This document shows positions 16,501-25,721 of a stretch of 64,000 nucleotides of DNA, piece by piece (positions within the stretch are counted from its first letter, which is position 1; every line of letters starts with the position of its first letter). Both the position numbers and the translations under genes were made by a program. The DNA comes from a virus: IMG/VR virus record IMGVR_UViG_3300048914_000231, positions 32,001 to 96,000 of that record; one strand, written 5' to 3'. The notes under the pieces were generated by a model, which did no database searches, had not been told where the DNA came from, and saw nothing but the letters and a program-made list of their open reading frames with translations.

Positions 16501-19181
16501 GCAATGGCAGTGCTGTTGCGGTCGTTGGAGGCGTTGAAATTGGTGGTCGCAGTGGCCACTGTGGAAGCCGCCACACCGGCCACAAAGGTTCCGGCCGGAG
16601 CGCCCACGGTAGCGCCGTCCTCGGGTTTGCCGGTGCCGCCGATGTTCGCCCAGTTGTTCGACGTCAGCGGGCCGAAGCGGACGCCATTCAGCTTGCCGCC
16701 CGAAGTGGCGAACGAGCTGTCGAAGAACAGTACCTGTCCGGCCACCTTCGATGCGGCAGATACCGAAGTGTAAAAGACAACTCCATTTTTCAGGTAGTCC
16801 ACGCCGGAGCCGTCGTACGCTACCGCAAACACATCGCCGCCCACGTACGAGCCGTAGGTGCCGCCAACCTGCGCGCCACTCTCATAGACGAGGATTGCAC
16901 CGTCGCTGCGCAGATAGATCGCGTAATCCAGCGTGGTGTAGCTGGTGTCGGTCAGGTCGCCTGCCGAATTCAGGCCGAACATCAGCGAGTGCGTGGCGTC
17001 CTGCGGCGATGCCGATGCGTAGGCGCCGCCAGTGAAAGAATCCCTGCTGTAGGCACCGGCATCCCATGCTTCCGCAATCGACACGTTGTCGACGCCATAG
17101 GTGCCAGCCGCCGCGCGGAGGAACATGAGGTATGAAGTCGTGGTTGTCGCGGTGAACGTGAAGTTGCGACCAGTGCCAGGTTGCGTCAGGGCACTTGTGG
17201 GGTTGTACAGGTCGTTAACGCCGTTGGCCGTACCCACGACAACAATGACTGGCCCGGTCAGGATGTCGAACGTGACAGAGTAGGTCCGCCCCGGCACAGT
17301 GGCGATCGACTGGCTCACGGATGCAGTACCGTTGGAGCCGTTCGGTGTCAGCTGCGCAATGCCCGAAGACCACGCCACCGAACCAGTGGTAGTCCAACCA
17401 TTCAAATTGGACGCGAACGTGCCGTTTGTGATGGAGGGCGCGGTCGCCGCCGGCTTGCTGGCGAGATTGCCGGCGACCGCGCCCACGCCGGTGGCCACCA
17501 GCGTGACATCGGCCACCGCGTTGATTGCACCCGATACCGTGTCATCCACCACGATGCTTTGCGTGTCGATCTGGCTGGCAGTCAGCTTGCCCACCGTGAT
17601 CTGGTTGGCATTCAGCGTGCCCGTGTACACGTAGCCGGACCAGATTTGCGCTGCAGTAATCGTGTTCGCGGCGATTTCGTTGGCCGTAATCGCGCCGGCG
17701 GCGATCTGTCCCGCTGTGATCGTGCGCGCGGCGATCTGGGTGGCCGTGATGGCGCCATCCACGATCAGTTCGCCCTTGTTGCGGCGCATGACCTTGAGAT
17801 TGCGATAGCGCCAGGTCGACAACACGCCATTGGTGACCGGGTGCTGGATCCAGACGCGCGCATAGGCGGCGCCAGCGGGCGCCACACTCTTTGCGCTGCC
17901 AGTCAGCCAGGTGGAGGTGCCGCCCGCAACCGTGGCCGGGCCATTCCACGTCTGACCCGCAATGGTCGGGTAGCCCGTGCTGTAGCTCAGGCCCACGTTG
18001 GCCTGGCTGGTGTCGCCCGACATCCATTTGCCATCGAAACTGATCCAGAACTCGTCACCGGGCACCACCGGGAACCAGTTGTCCAGGTACATATCGCGCG
18101 AGCCGCCGGCCACCTCGATGGCGGGCGCGCTGGTGTCCGTGACCGAAGCTACGCTGCCATATGTGACGGAGAACCAGCCCTCGGCGTTGAGCGTGCCGTT
18201 CGGGTTGCGCACGAGGTTTTCAAAGTCGCCAACGGCGATCTTGCCGGCCGTGACCGCACCTGCTGCCAGTTCGGTGGCGCCGATGGCGCCGGCGGCAATC
18301 TGCCCTGCCGTGATGGTGTCGGCGGCGATCTGCGCGGCAGTGATCGTGTTGGCGGCAATCTGGCCCGCCGTGATGGTATTGGCGGCGATCTCGTTGCCGG
18401 TGATGGTGCCCGCCAGAATCTTGGCGGCCGTGACGGCACCGGCGCCGATCTTGGCCGTGGTGATCGAGTTGTCCGTGATCTGCGTGCTGGTGATCTGGCC
18501 AACCAGCTTGGTGACGTCGATCGAGGCAATCTGCGCGCTGGTCAGGGCGCCAACCAGTTTGGACGAGTCCACGGAGGCGATCTGGCTGCTGGTAAGCGTA
18601 CCTGTGATGTCGATCGCCGGCGTGGCCGAAGTCCAGGCTGATCCGGTGTAGCGGTACAGCTTGCTGTCGGTCGACAGCATCACCACCTTTGGCCCCGTGT
18701 AGCCGGACACGGCCGGCAGGGCCGACACGATCGACACCGGCTGGATGCCGCTGGCAAAGGATGCCGTGGATACCACACCGGAAGCCAGGTTGCCCGTCAC
18801 CGGATCGATCGCTGCCACATTCAGGTTCGACGCCTGCACGGCGCCGGCGGCGATGTCCAGGTTGGTCGCCAGCAGCGACTTGGCCACGGCCGAGTTGGAC
18901 CAGGTTCCATCCGTGCGGCCGTAGATGTTGATCGCGCGCACCCAGTAATAGCGGTTCGTCACCGGATTGACGCTGGTGGACGAGTCCGTGAAGGTGTTCG
19001 TCGTCACGGTGCCGATCTTGGTCGCGCTCGCCACGCTGTTGGTCGAGTTGCTCCAGATTTCGGCGCCGGCGTAGGTCGTGTCGGTAGGCATGTCCCACAA
19101 CAGGACCACGGCGCGCAGGCTTGGCGTGGCCGTCAGGTTGTTCAGGGTCGGTGCCGGTACGGGACGGATATTAAGCAGCAT
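13545..19181 (-). CDS. Giant tail fibre/adhesin with 10-aa repeats, carbohydrate-binding-like domains and C-terminal Hint domain
   Basis: 1878 aa; FN3-like N-terminus, ITAxxIAAxT repeats, duplicated ~140-aa domain, GGGA/CPAPW...ENHRF...GLLCHN end. Confidence 0.85.
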   Translation of the reverse strand: MLLNIRPVPAPTLNNLTATPSLRAVVLLWDMPTDTTYAGAEIWSNSTNSVASATKIGTVTTNTFTDSSTSVNPVTNRYYWVRAINIYGRTDGTWSNSAVAKSLLATNLDIAAGAVQASNLNVAAIDPVTGNLASGVVSTASFASGIQPVSIVSALPAVSGYTGPKVVMLSTDSKLYRYTGSAWTSATPAIDITGTLTSSQIASVDSSKLVGALTSAQIASIDVTKLVGQITSTQITDNSITTAKIGAGAVTAAKILAGTITGNEIAANTITAGQIAANTITAAQIAADTITAGQIAAGAIGATELAAGAVTAGKIAVGDFENLVRNPNGTLNAEGWFSVTYGSVASVTDTSAPAIEVAGGSRDMYLDNWFPVVPGDEFWISFDGKWMSGDTSQANVGLSYSTGYPTIAGQTWNGPATVAGGTSTWLTGSAKSVAPAGAAYARVWIQHPVTNGVLSTWRYRNLKVMRRNKGELIVDGAITATQIAARTITAGQIAAGAITANEIAANTITAAQIWSGYVYTGTLNANQITVGKLTASQIDTQSIVVDDTVSGAINAVADVTLVATGVGAVAGNLASKPAATAPSITNGTFASNLNGWTTTGSVAWSSGIAQLTPNGSNGTASVSQSIATVPGRTYSVTFDILTGPVIVVVGTANGVNDLYNPTSALTQPGTGRNFTFTATTTTSYLMFLRAAAGTYGVDNVSIAEAWDAGAYSRDSFTGGAYASASPQDATHSLMFGLNSAGDLTDTSYTTLDYAIYLRSDGAILVYESGAQVGGTYGSYVGGDVFAVAYDGSGVDYLKNGVVFYTSVSAASKVAGQVLFFDSSFATSGGKLNGVRFGPLTSNNWANIGGTGKPEDGATVGAPAGTFVAGVAASTVATATTNFNASNDRNSTAIAAPTILADGTAVDHTIRTDGSADISFEWAWSGNEGDIDGFLVYVYQASTNAAYTFGTTPAAETVFTLPAAKRAFIMYGVGATLFTKFGVRAYRSVDKDVNAAGVIMSTIAVPSLAAENPYQPSTSVAFTGNITGTINGIPVANVNVWSAITGTGKPVDNATADIALVATGSVTVSGNTATKGTGTGSGWDGQVYSRDSFTGGAYASIVAADITSTISFGLNSSGDLTGVDFTGIDWSLCLDATTNPISIKVIESGTQIGGSRGTWAANDVFAVVYDGSSVKYLKNGVVFYTSLDAASTTANQVLFFDSSFFSVGAVMKSIRFGPLSSNWNGVQAYSAVNDPTTGLAQRMRNNTVNVLTGGAGFTAGTLTYNSSTGVRTGGYGMMMNKNGVVAYNSSGVNTITIDGTSGAISMRSATILADDGTVLLASGSSLAQQTSTNPNLCPAPTGMTMYNTATGNRNGDVRFGDGQYVWIATTADSSYSGAESQALGIPWGSQYTVSFDAYCTTAGRILNVDVVNSIDYDSTGISVALTTTMTRYSFTETALANANAPLCRLRMFTTAAGGGNIVIANIKVELGNKVTPWCDSVITTANASTYIRSAAIQSAMISDLRTTNYAEDGSGNPTAGAKLASTGTALKVANNSFQVGSVTFSDYWFRLVQAIDGNQANGRVIWRGNNDATTRGGAPDINRLTISFISSQVINSNFQQIYHSFKLVPTSYSTYTDNLDAMQQIHVQLFQSTSSTFPFTEFYWPCPSRTYDGDSGIVQGSWSWGWRFSGSGSLSTISTQLESNGLFTGCMRVRLANSYGWSATKDFAGNASVNANLSTTTITGTSGSSGGGSGGTSAGGGGACPAPWVKVRLASGREVNASDLHDGAVVQAVNDTTLEPIARGGIIRDCCTIWAQRYRVTLADGRATEWSENHRFAVEDRGWVHVQNLRAGDHILGMQESIVTSVLAVGQGQVVSFRVEGAGTYFAGGLLCHNFKMLP

Positions 19182-19635
19182 TGAAGTTCACCACGAAGTC
19201 AAGGTTGGTGCTGTATTTGATGGTGGCGGTGTAGGCGCCCGCCACCGTCGTCGTAAGGGTCAGCGAGCCGTCGCTGATGGTGCCGTTGGCGATCGGGTTG
19301 ATGCCAACGCCAATCGGCACATCGATCTGGTACGTCGCGCCATTCGGAATCGGGCTGATCGTGATCGAATCGGTGCCGTTGGCAACGATCGAAGTCTTGT
19401 TGGCCGCGATCTGGGTGCCGCTGACGGCAATTGGCGGGCGCGCCTTGGTTGGCAGGTCGCCGCCGATCGGGATCGCATTCACGTCCACCACCTGCGTGAC
19501 CGGGTCGGAACCGGTGATGATCACGTTGGTGCCGGGCGAACTGCCCTGCAGGCGCGCGGACGCCTCCGTCATCGCGGTGCCGGTGCGCAGAATGGCGCCG
19601 GTGGTGGTGTCGTACACCGTGTACTGGATTGTCAT
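19171..19635 (-). CDS. Tail-associated protein
   Basis: YTVYDTTTGAILRTG N-terminus; lies between tip protein and fibre. Confidence 0.65.
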   Translation of the reverse strand: MTIQYTVYDTTTGAILRTGTAMTEASARLQGSSPGTNVIITGSDPVTQVVDVNAIPIGGDLPTKARPPIAVSGTQIAANKTSIVANGTDSITISPIPNGATYQIDVPIGVGINPIANGTISDGSLTLTTTVAGAYTATIKYSTNLDFVVNFNAA

Positions 19636-22600
19636 TTCTTAACGCCCATCATGAAGATTTCGTTGTAGCCAAGGATGACGTCGGGGTGCGCCGACCACTC
19701 CACCTCGACCTTGGTCGTGCCGGCCGGCAGCTTGACTGACGCCGAGCACACCGGAGCATCGTTGGCGACGCGGCCCATGATTCCGCGCACCACGGTGCCG
19801 GCAACCTTGATGCGGATCGACCAGTAGCGGCTGTTGTTGGCAAAGCCCTGCGCGCTGGTGACCAGGATGTAGACCATGCCGTCCTGCGGCATTGCCATGT
19901 AGCCCTCGTTGACGACGGTCCAGGTGCCTTCACCCACGCCCTTGCGCTGGCGGTCCGGCGCGGTGACAACGATCGGCACCGTGACGGCTTCGCCAGCCAG
20001 CTTCAGCGTGTTGATCTGGGCATCGCCAATCATGGCCGACGAGATCGAGGCGTCGCCGATCAGGGCGTTGGACAGAATCACGCGCGGCACGCCGTTCACG
20101 GTGCCGACAGTGAATGGCTGCACACCCGGGTAGCTCGGCATGATCAGGCCGAACTTGTCGGCGTAGATCACGAACTCGGACGTGCCCACGCCGGCCAGGC
20201 TGGAGGTCGAAGACAGGCCAAAGCCGGCGATGTAGCCGTTGTTGTCGATCTTGAGGCTGTACTGGCCGGACAGGCCGCTGATCGTATTGGCGTTGGTCGA
20301 GAACGCCTGCTCCATCGTCACGCCGCCAACGTTGTTCAGACGGCTGGTGATCTGGTAAATCGCCTGGGCCGCGGCGGACGTCGACGTGGCTGACACGTTG
20401 TTGAGCTGCGTGATCGCCGCGGTGGCGGCCGGCAGGCCGGTGGTGGCGTCGTTGACCTGTGCCTTGAGCTGGTACAGCGTCCTGGCGTTGGTCGAGGCCG
20501 ACGTGGCCGACACGTCTTCCAGCGCGGTGATCTTGGCCGTCGCCGCCGGCAGGCCGGTGACCGGGTCGTTGAGAACGTCGCTGACGGCCTTCACGCGCGC
20601 GTTGACGCTGCCGGCCACGGTGTCCGCGGCGTCGATCAGGTCGATCCTGGTCTTGAGCGCCGGCAGCAGCTTGGAGTCCGCGATGACGCCATCGGCGATT
20701 GCCGCCACGTTCAGGTTGGTGGTGGTGAACGTCTGCATCGACGACACGTTCAGTTCCGTGCGGCCGAAGGCGTCGTAGGCCGCCAGTTTGTAGTAGTAGA
20801 CGGCGTTGAACATCAGGCCGGGCACCGCGAACGACGTGTCCGGGCCGCTGTAGACCAGATAGGTGTCGCTGGGCGTGCCATTCAGGTTCGAAGCGTTCTG
20901 CGACATCCACATGCACACGCCGGCGAAATCCGGATCGTCCGTATGCTGGTAGCTGACGCTGACCGAATCGAACGACGGCAGCGCGCTGAAGCTGGTCAGG
21001 CCCGGCGACGGGTTGAAGGCGTCGAGCAGGGCCGGCGTGCCGAGATTGTTGAACGTGTCGCGCTGGCGAACCTGAAACACCAGATGGCGGGTCAGGCCGT
21101 CCGAGAAGTTCTTGTCGTAGATGTAGACGTAGCTGTTGTCCGTCGTGTACTCGGTGCGGCGCAGTGTCGTGCCGTCGGCTTCGAACACCTTGATTTCGTA
21201 ATCCTTGAAATGCGGATCGAGCGCACCGGCATCAGCGCCGTTCGGTTCGCTGCCGAACTCGTAGGAGTGCGTGACCGAGTTGTAGCGCCAGTTGATCTTG
21301 CAGTCACGGCCGGACCAGACATAGTCCACGCCGGTAGGCATGCCGACATCAATACCCTGCGTCTCGCCAATCACGGTATAGGTCGCGGTTGGCGCGTCCT
21401 CGTACTGGCTGCGCTTGTCGAACAGGTCGAACGCCACCACGCGCACGCCCAGGACGTCACCGCGCGCGGCGCTGATGACGACGCTGGTGACGCTCTTTAC
21501 GGTATTGATCTTTTCTTCCGTGCGTCCGTTTCTGGTGACGTACACGTCGGCGCCGCCGTACATGCCCACGGTCGACGCCGTCCAGCTGGCCACCACGCTG
21601 GTGACGACATTGTCACCGGCAATGTAGGTCTCTTCGTAGACGGCCAGGTTGGCAACCGGTCCAATCGGAGTGTTCGGGTTGGTCGGTACGGCCACGTTGC
21701 TGCCGTAGCGGCTGTAGTCATACACTTCGGGGCGGTATTCGATGGCGGTAATGTCGCGCCGGTATTCGGAGTCGCCCGTGATCGACTTGATGCGAAACGC
21801 CTTCTTGACGCGCGCGGCCTCGCCGAACATCCATTTCGTGAACTGGGCCGGTGCGGCGCTCATGGGCGTTTGCAGCGTGACGGTATCGCTGGTGCCAGGC
21901 GTGACCACGACCGGGAATTCCTCGATCACGTCGGTATCCCACAGCACATAGGTCTGGCCCGGAACGACCCCGGCGACGCTTGACAGAATGACGCCATTGC
22001 TGAAGGTGCCGTCGACGCCGATATCCTTGCCGCCCACGACAATGCGCCTGACAGTCAGGCCGGGCGTGAAGCCGGTCAGCGTCACGCTGTTGCCGGTTAC
22101 GCTGACCACGCTGCCGCTGGCGCGCTGCACGCTGTCACGCATCGCCAGCAGATTGTAGGTCTTGCCCGAGGCCATGGTCACGGGGCGGTCAAGCTGCATG
22201 ACCGACGTGGTGGAGCCCGCGTTGAAGCGCCCGGCCTGCGCCCAGTTGGTCAGGTCGGTCTGTACATAGATCAGGTCGCCCACGCGGCAGGCGATCGCCT
22301 CCAGCGGTGCCCCGAACGTGATGGTCTTGAGGATGTAGCGGTTCAGGTTCAGCTGGAACTGCGCTTCCTTGTAGGCGCGGTCATAATCGACCACGCCATA
22401 CAGCGTGACGGCGCTGTTGCGCTGCGGTGCGCCTGAAGTGAATGCCACCGGATCATAGACCTTGATGGTGCGCTGCTTGTACCTGTCGGTCCTGTCGAAA
22501 AAGGTGACGTCGATCTCGTTGGCGCGGTCGGCGGTGCCCAGCCAGGTTTCCTTGTACGAGCCCTGGATCATGTTCGCGACCGAGAACATCATCACCGGCG

Positions 22601-24317
22601 TATCGGGCTTTTCCGTAATGACGGTAAAGCGCGTGCCGGATGGCACCAGCTGGCTGTGCCCGACGCGCAGCACCAGCTGGCAGGCGTCCCAGACATTCGT
22701 TTCGGTCTCGATGGGGCCATTCCAGGTCATGCCCTGCGCGTCGCAGTAATCGGCAAAACTCTTGAATGCCACCAGATCCAGCCGTGCGGTCGGCATGGCG
22801 CCGCCATAGCGCGTGTGCGTGAGAATGTCCCAGACGATCCAGGCCGGATTGGTCGACGCGGCGACGCTCCAGTCGGTGCCGTCGTACACGCTGATCATGC
22901 GCCCGCCATTGACGAACGTGACGTTGGGCAGGCCGGACAGCTGGTCGGTCATCTTGATCTTGAGCGCGACCAGCGCCGTGTTCGGATAGCTCACGTCATC
23001 CAGCGTGATTTCGTTCACGTCCGACAGGTACACGTCGTCCAGGATGTTGTCCTTGGTCGACTTGGGCGTGACGCGGCGCACGCGAATTTCATAGGCGCCG
23101 TTGGTCAGTACATTGGTCGTGTACGAGCGACGCACGGCGCTGCGCTTGTCCGAGCCGATCGTCACACCGGCCGAGTAGACCGGATAGCGCGCGGCACGCA
23201 CGCCATCCACGGTGCTGATCACCGCGCCCGATTGCTCCACGTAGGCGAGCGTAAACAGGTCATCGACCGGATCGCCGGACGGGCCGGTCCAGGTGTGGCC
23301 GTCATAGGTCGCGTATTCCCACGCGGCGATATCGGTCAGCAGCGGCAGCGTTGCCCAGTTGGTGTCGCCCACGCGGCGATATTCGACATCGATGTCGACC
23401 GAGTAGTGTTTGGACGAACCATTGCCGGTGTCGATCTCGCACATGCCGGTCGGCGCCACGAAATCCAGGCGCATCTTGTCGACGTTGGCCGTGGTGGTCG
23501 AATAGAACCAGTCGGTCGTAAGTTTCTGGCTCTTGTTGATCGGCGTGATGTTATCGTTGAACCAGTCGATCATCGTCTGGTTCGACGTGCCAAGACGCGT
23601 CTGAACTTCGACGTCGTGATAATCCGTCAGCGGATTTTCGTTGATCTCGATGTCCGTGATCGAATTGACCGGTCCCTCGCCGGCCGAGACCAGCATGAAC
23701 AGGGTCTGGTTGTCGTCTTCGTCGGTGGTGGTGTACATGCCGACGATGTTGCCGCCGGTGCGAAACTGGCCGTAGCAGACCGGAACCGGGATACCTTCGA
23801 TCGATGTGTTCTTGGCGCCATCAACACCATAGGACGACCTGGTGTCGCTCGCGGTCGTGGTCGGTTTCGGCGGCGCGAAGATCGTATTGACCAGCATCGA
23901 GCCGGCAATCGTGATGCCGGCCTGAATTACAGCACCGCCGATGGTGAGTCCGGTGCCGGTCATGCCCATAGCGCCAGCGATGGCCGCGCCGGTGCCCGCC
24001 GTCATGACCGAAACGGCGATCAGTGCCACGATCGCCAGAATCTGCTTGGTGCCACCGCCGCCGGCCGGCACCGGGCAGATCACGACGTTGTCGGTCTTGT
24101 CCAGGTACGTGACGGCAAACTGTTCGGGCTGCACGATGCGGCCTGACACCGAAACCACAATCGGATCGGCTTCGACCAGCGGAAAGTAGTCGGCCAGGGT
24201 CTTTTTGCTGCGCCAGACCAGTTCGGTACGCTCCTGCTCGCGCGGATTGAACGGATTGAGAATCCGAATTACCGGAATCAGGTGCTTTTTACCTTGGCGC
24301 TTCTTCGTTTCCGACAT
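19632..24317 (-). CDS. Central tail tip / host-specificity protein (lambda J-like, with N-terminal gpI-like part)
   Basis: PVPVCYG, AGEGPV, YPNTALV, STNPAWIVWD, VGDLIYV, YSLKIDNNGYIAGFGL motifs. Confidence 0.9.
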   Translation of the reverse strand: MSETKKRQGKKHLIPVIRILNPFNPREQERTELVWRSKKTLADYFPLVEADPIVVSVSGRIVQPEQFAVTYLDKTDNVVICPVPAGGGGTKQILAIVALIAVSVMTAGTGAAIAGAMGMTGTGLTIGGAVIQAGITIAGSMLVNTIFAPPKPTTTASDTRSSYGVDGAKNTSIEGIPVPVCYGQFRTGGNIVGMYTTTDEDDNQTLFMLVSAGEGPVNSITDIEINENPLTDYHDVEVQTRLGTSNQTMIDWFNDNITPINKSQKLTTDWFYSTTTANVDKMRLDFVAPTGMCEIDTGNGSSKHYSVDIDVEYRRVGDTNWATLPLLTDIAAWEYATYDGHTWTGPSGDPVDDLFTLAYVEQSGAVISTVDGVRAARYPVYSAGVTIGSDKRSAVRRSYTTNVLTNGAYEIRVRRVTPKSTKDNILDDVYLSDVNEITLDDVSYPNTALVALKIKMTDQLSGLPNVTFVNGGRMISVYDGTDWSVAASTNPAWIVWDILTHTRYGGAMPTARLDLVAFKSFADYCDAQGMTWNGPIETETNVWDACQLVLRVGHSQLVPSGTRFTVITEKPDTPVMMFSVANMIQGSYKETWLGTADRANEIDVTFFDRTDRYKQRTIKVYDPVAFTSGAPQRNSAVTLYGVVDYDRAYKEAQFQLNLNRYILKTITFGAPLEAIACRVGDLIYVQTDLTNWAQAGRFNAGSTTSVMQLDRPVTMASGKTYNLLAMRDSVQRASGSVVSVTGNSVTLTGFTPGLTVRRIVVGGKDIGVDGTFSNGVILSSVAGVVPGQTYVLWDTDVIEEFPVVVTPGTSDTVTLQTPMSAAPAQFTKWMFGEAARVKKAFRIKSITGDSEYRRDITAIEYRPEVYDYSRYGSNVAVPTNPNTPIGPVANLAVYEETYIAGDNVVTSVVASWTASTVGMYGGADVYVTRNGRTEEKINTVKSVTSVVISAARGDVLGVRVVAFDLFDKRSQYEDAPTATYTVIGETQGIDVGMPTGVDYVWSGRDCKINWRYNSVTHSYEFGSEPNGADAGALDPHFKDYEIKVFEADGTTLRRTEYTTDNSYVYIYDKNFSDGLTRHLVFQVRQRDTFNNLGTPALLDAFNPSPGLTSFSALPSFDSVSVSYQHTDDPDFAGVCMWMSQNASNLNGTPSDTYLVYSGPDTSFAVPGLMFNAVYYYKLAAYDAFGRTELNVSSMQTFTTTNLNVAAIADGVIADSKLLPALKTRIDLIDAADTVAGSVNARVKAVSDVLNDPVTGLPAATAKITALEDVSATSASTNARTLYQLKAQVNDATTGLPAATAAITQLNNVSATSTSAAAQAIYQITSRLNNVGGVTMEQAFSTNANTISGLSGQYSLKIDNNGYIAGFGLSSTSSLAGVGTSEFVIYADKFGLIMPSYPGVQPFTVGTVNGVPRVILSNALIGDASISSAMIGDAQINTLKLAGEAVTVPIVVTAPDRQRKGVGEGTWTVVNEGYMAMPQDGMVYILVTSAQGFANNSRYWSIRIKVAGTVVRGIMGRVANDAPVCSASVKLPAGTTKVEVEWSAHPDVILGYNEIFMMGVKK

Positions 24318-24678
24318 ACTCGAAATATCCTACGATGCGGTGCTGCCAGTCCGCCAGGCGGACAATCGTCACGCCACCGGAGGGTTCCCAGGCGTGAATC
24401 ATGTGGTGTGGACCGAATACATAGCCCACGTGCGCGGCATACCTGCCGACCCGGATGAATGCCACGGCGCCGTGACGTGGTTCGATCTGGCGCCACTGGG
24501 GCAGACTGGCCGTCATCATGGCCATGATGGTCGGCTGGTCGGTCGCGCTGCCGAAGTCCGGCAGCACCACGCCGTCGCGGCGCGCGCATTCCATCACCAG
24601 GCCATAGCAGTCCAGCGCGTCGGGTCCGCGCGCGCCGTATTCGAACGGCACGCCGATCAGGTCGGCGAAATCAGCCAT
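24289..24678 (-). CDS. NlpC/P60 tail protein (gpK-like)
   Basis: GVPFEYGARGPDALDCYGLV, HVG, MIHA; start re-called at MADF. Confidence 0.85.
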   Translation of the reverse strand: MADFADLIGVPFEYGARGPDALDCYGLVMECARRDGVVLPDFGSATDQPTIMAMMTASLPQWRQIEPRHGAVAFIRVGRYAAHVGYVFGPHHMIHAWEPSGGVTIVRLADWQHRIVGYFEYVGNEEAPR

Positions 24679-25303
24679 AGCGGGTGTCGCGCGAATTGAT
24701 GCCCGGGAAAGCGCCGAAATGAATGACGTTCTGATGCGCGCGGCAGCCATTGGCGCCTTCAAGCGACAGGTCGCACGACGACATCGAGCCGGTATAGCCA
24801 CATTCCTGACTCTTGTAGCGCCACTGGCAGTAATCCTTGGTCTGGCGCCGGCGCGGGAAGGTCTTGGTAATGTTGTTCTCGGCGCCCAGCGTGAAGGCGC
24901 AGACGTAGTTGGCCGTCTCGGCGGCCGTGACCTGGAAGTACTCGATCACCTCGGGGCTTTGCGTCAGGTTGCCGGCGTTGACGACGGTGACCGTGACGGC
25001 GAACCCTACGCCGCCGCCATAATCCTGCATGCGCTGCTGTACCGTCAGCGTGTAATCCTTGATCGACAGGTTGATCTCGGACTGCGTGCCGGCCTCGGAC
25101 TTGAGCGTGATGTCGAATGCGGCCGGCGAGTACGTAAAACCGTTGTACGTGACCGGGTCCGGGTTGCGGGCCAGATGCAGCGTCTCGACGGTGACCAGCG
25201 TCGCCGGATCGATCACGGCGACGTCCAGAAGAATGATCCAGGGTACTTCGGAAGAAATCCGGTTCTTCTCGATGATGCTGGCGACGGAAAGGGAGGTGGT
25301 CAT
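24671..25303 (-). CDS. Minor tail protein L-like
   Basis: CQWRYKSQECGY...C...GC...FGAFPGI Cys cluster. Confidence 0.85.
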   Translation of the reverse strand: MTTSLSVASIIEKNRISSEVPWIILLDVAVIDPATLVTVETLHLARNPDPVTYNGFTYSPAAFDITLKSEAGTQSEINLSIKDYTLTVQQRMQDYGGGVGFAVTVTVVNAGNLTQSPEVIEYFQVTAAETANYVCAFTLGAENNITKTFPRRRQTKDYCQWRYKSQECGYTGSMSSCDLSLEGANGCRAHQNVIHFGAFPGINSRDTRYG

Positions 25304-25319
25304 GCGGCGATTATACATC

Positions 25320-25333
25320 AGTCACCGCTGACC
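25320..25333. promoter_or_regulatory. Operator copy 6
   Basis: AGTCA-CCGC-TGACC within TTGATA-18-TATAAT. Confidence 0.7.
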
Positions 25334-25346
25334 TATCAATCGGGCA

Positions 25347-25718
25347 TCAGGCCTGCGCCAGTTTGAAGGCGACGTCCCACAGTTTGGTTGGTCCGATACC
25401 GGAGTACCTGAACGTCATGTCGCCATCGAAACGCACCTGCCAGGTGGTCAGATTGACCGGATCGGTCCAGTCGAAGATTACCGCGCCGCCACCCACCGTG
25501 GCGTAGAAGTTCATCAGGGTGGTGCGGTCCGCGTCCGTGATGCCCTTGTAGCCGGTGGTGAAGGTCTTACGCGGCGTGCGGGTGTGGCGCGCGCGCGAGA
25601 CGACATAGCCACCTTCCATTTCGGACTTGATGGCCACGTCCTCGATCGCGATCGAGTACTGGGTGGAATCCTGGCCGCCTTTACCCAGGGCCAGGGTGGG
25701 GAATACCGGATTTGTCAT
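25347..25718 (-). CDS. Distal tail protein (gpM-like)
   Basis: Follows tape measure; EGGYVVSR, FDWTDP motifs. Confidence 0.75.
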   Translation of the reverse strand: MTNPVFPTLALGKGGQDSTQYSIAIEDVAIKSEMEGGYVVSRARHTRTPRKTFTTGYKGITDADRTTLMNFYATVGGGAVIFDWTDPVNLTTWQVRFDGDMTFRYSGIGPTKLWDVAFKLAQA

Positions 25719-25721
25719 AAA

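Noticed and set aside
15515-17070. Duplicated fibre domain as a diversity-generating retroelement TR/VR pair
   Set aside because: Both copies are in frame, differences are not adenine-specific, and no reverse transcriptase is in the window
17690-18480. 30-bp periodic repeats as non-coding repeats
   Set aside because: They encode the ITAxxIAAxT repeats of the fibre shaft
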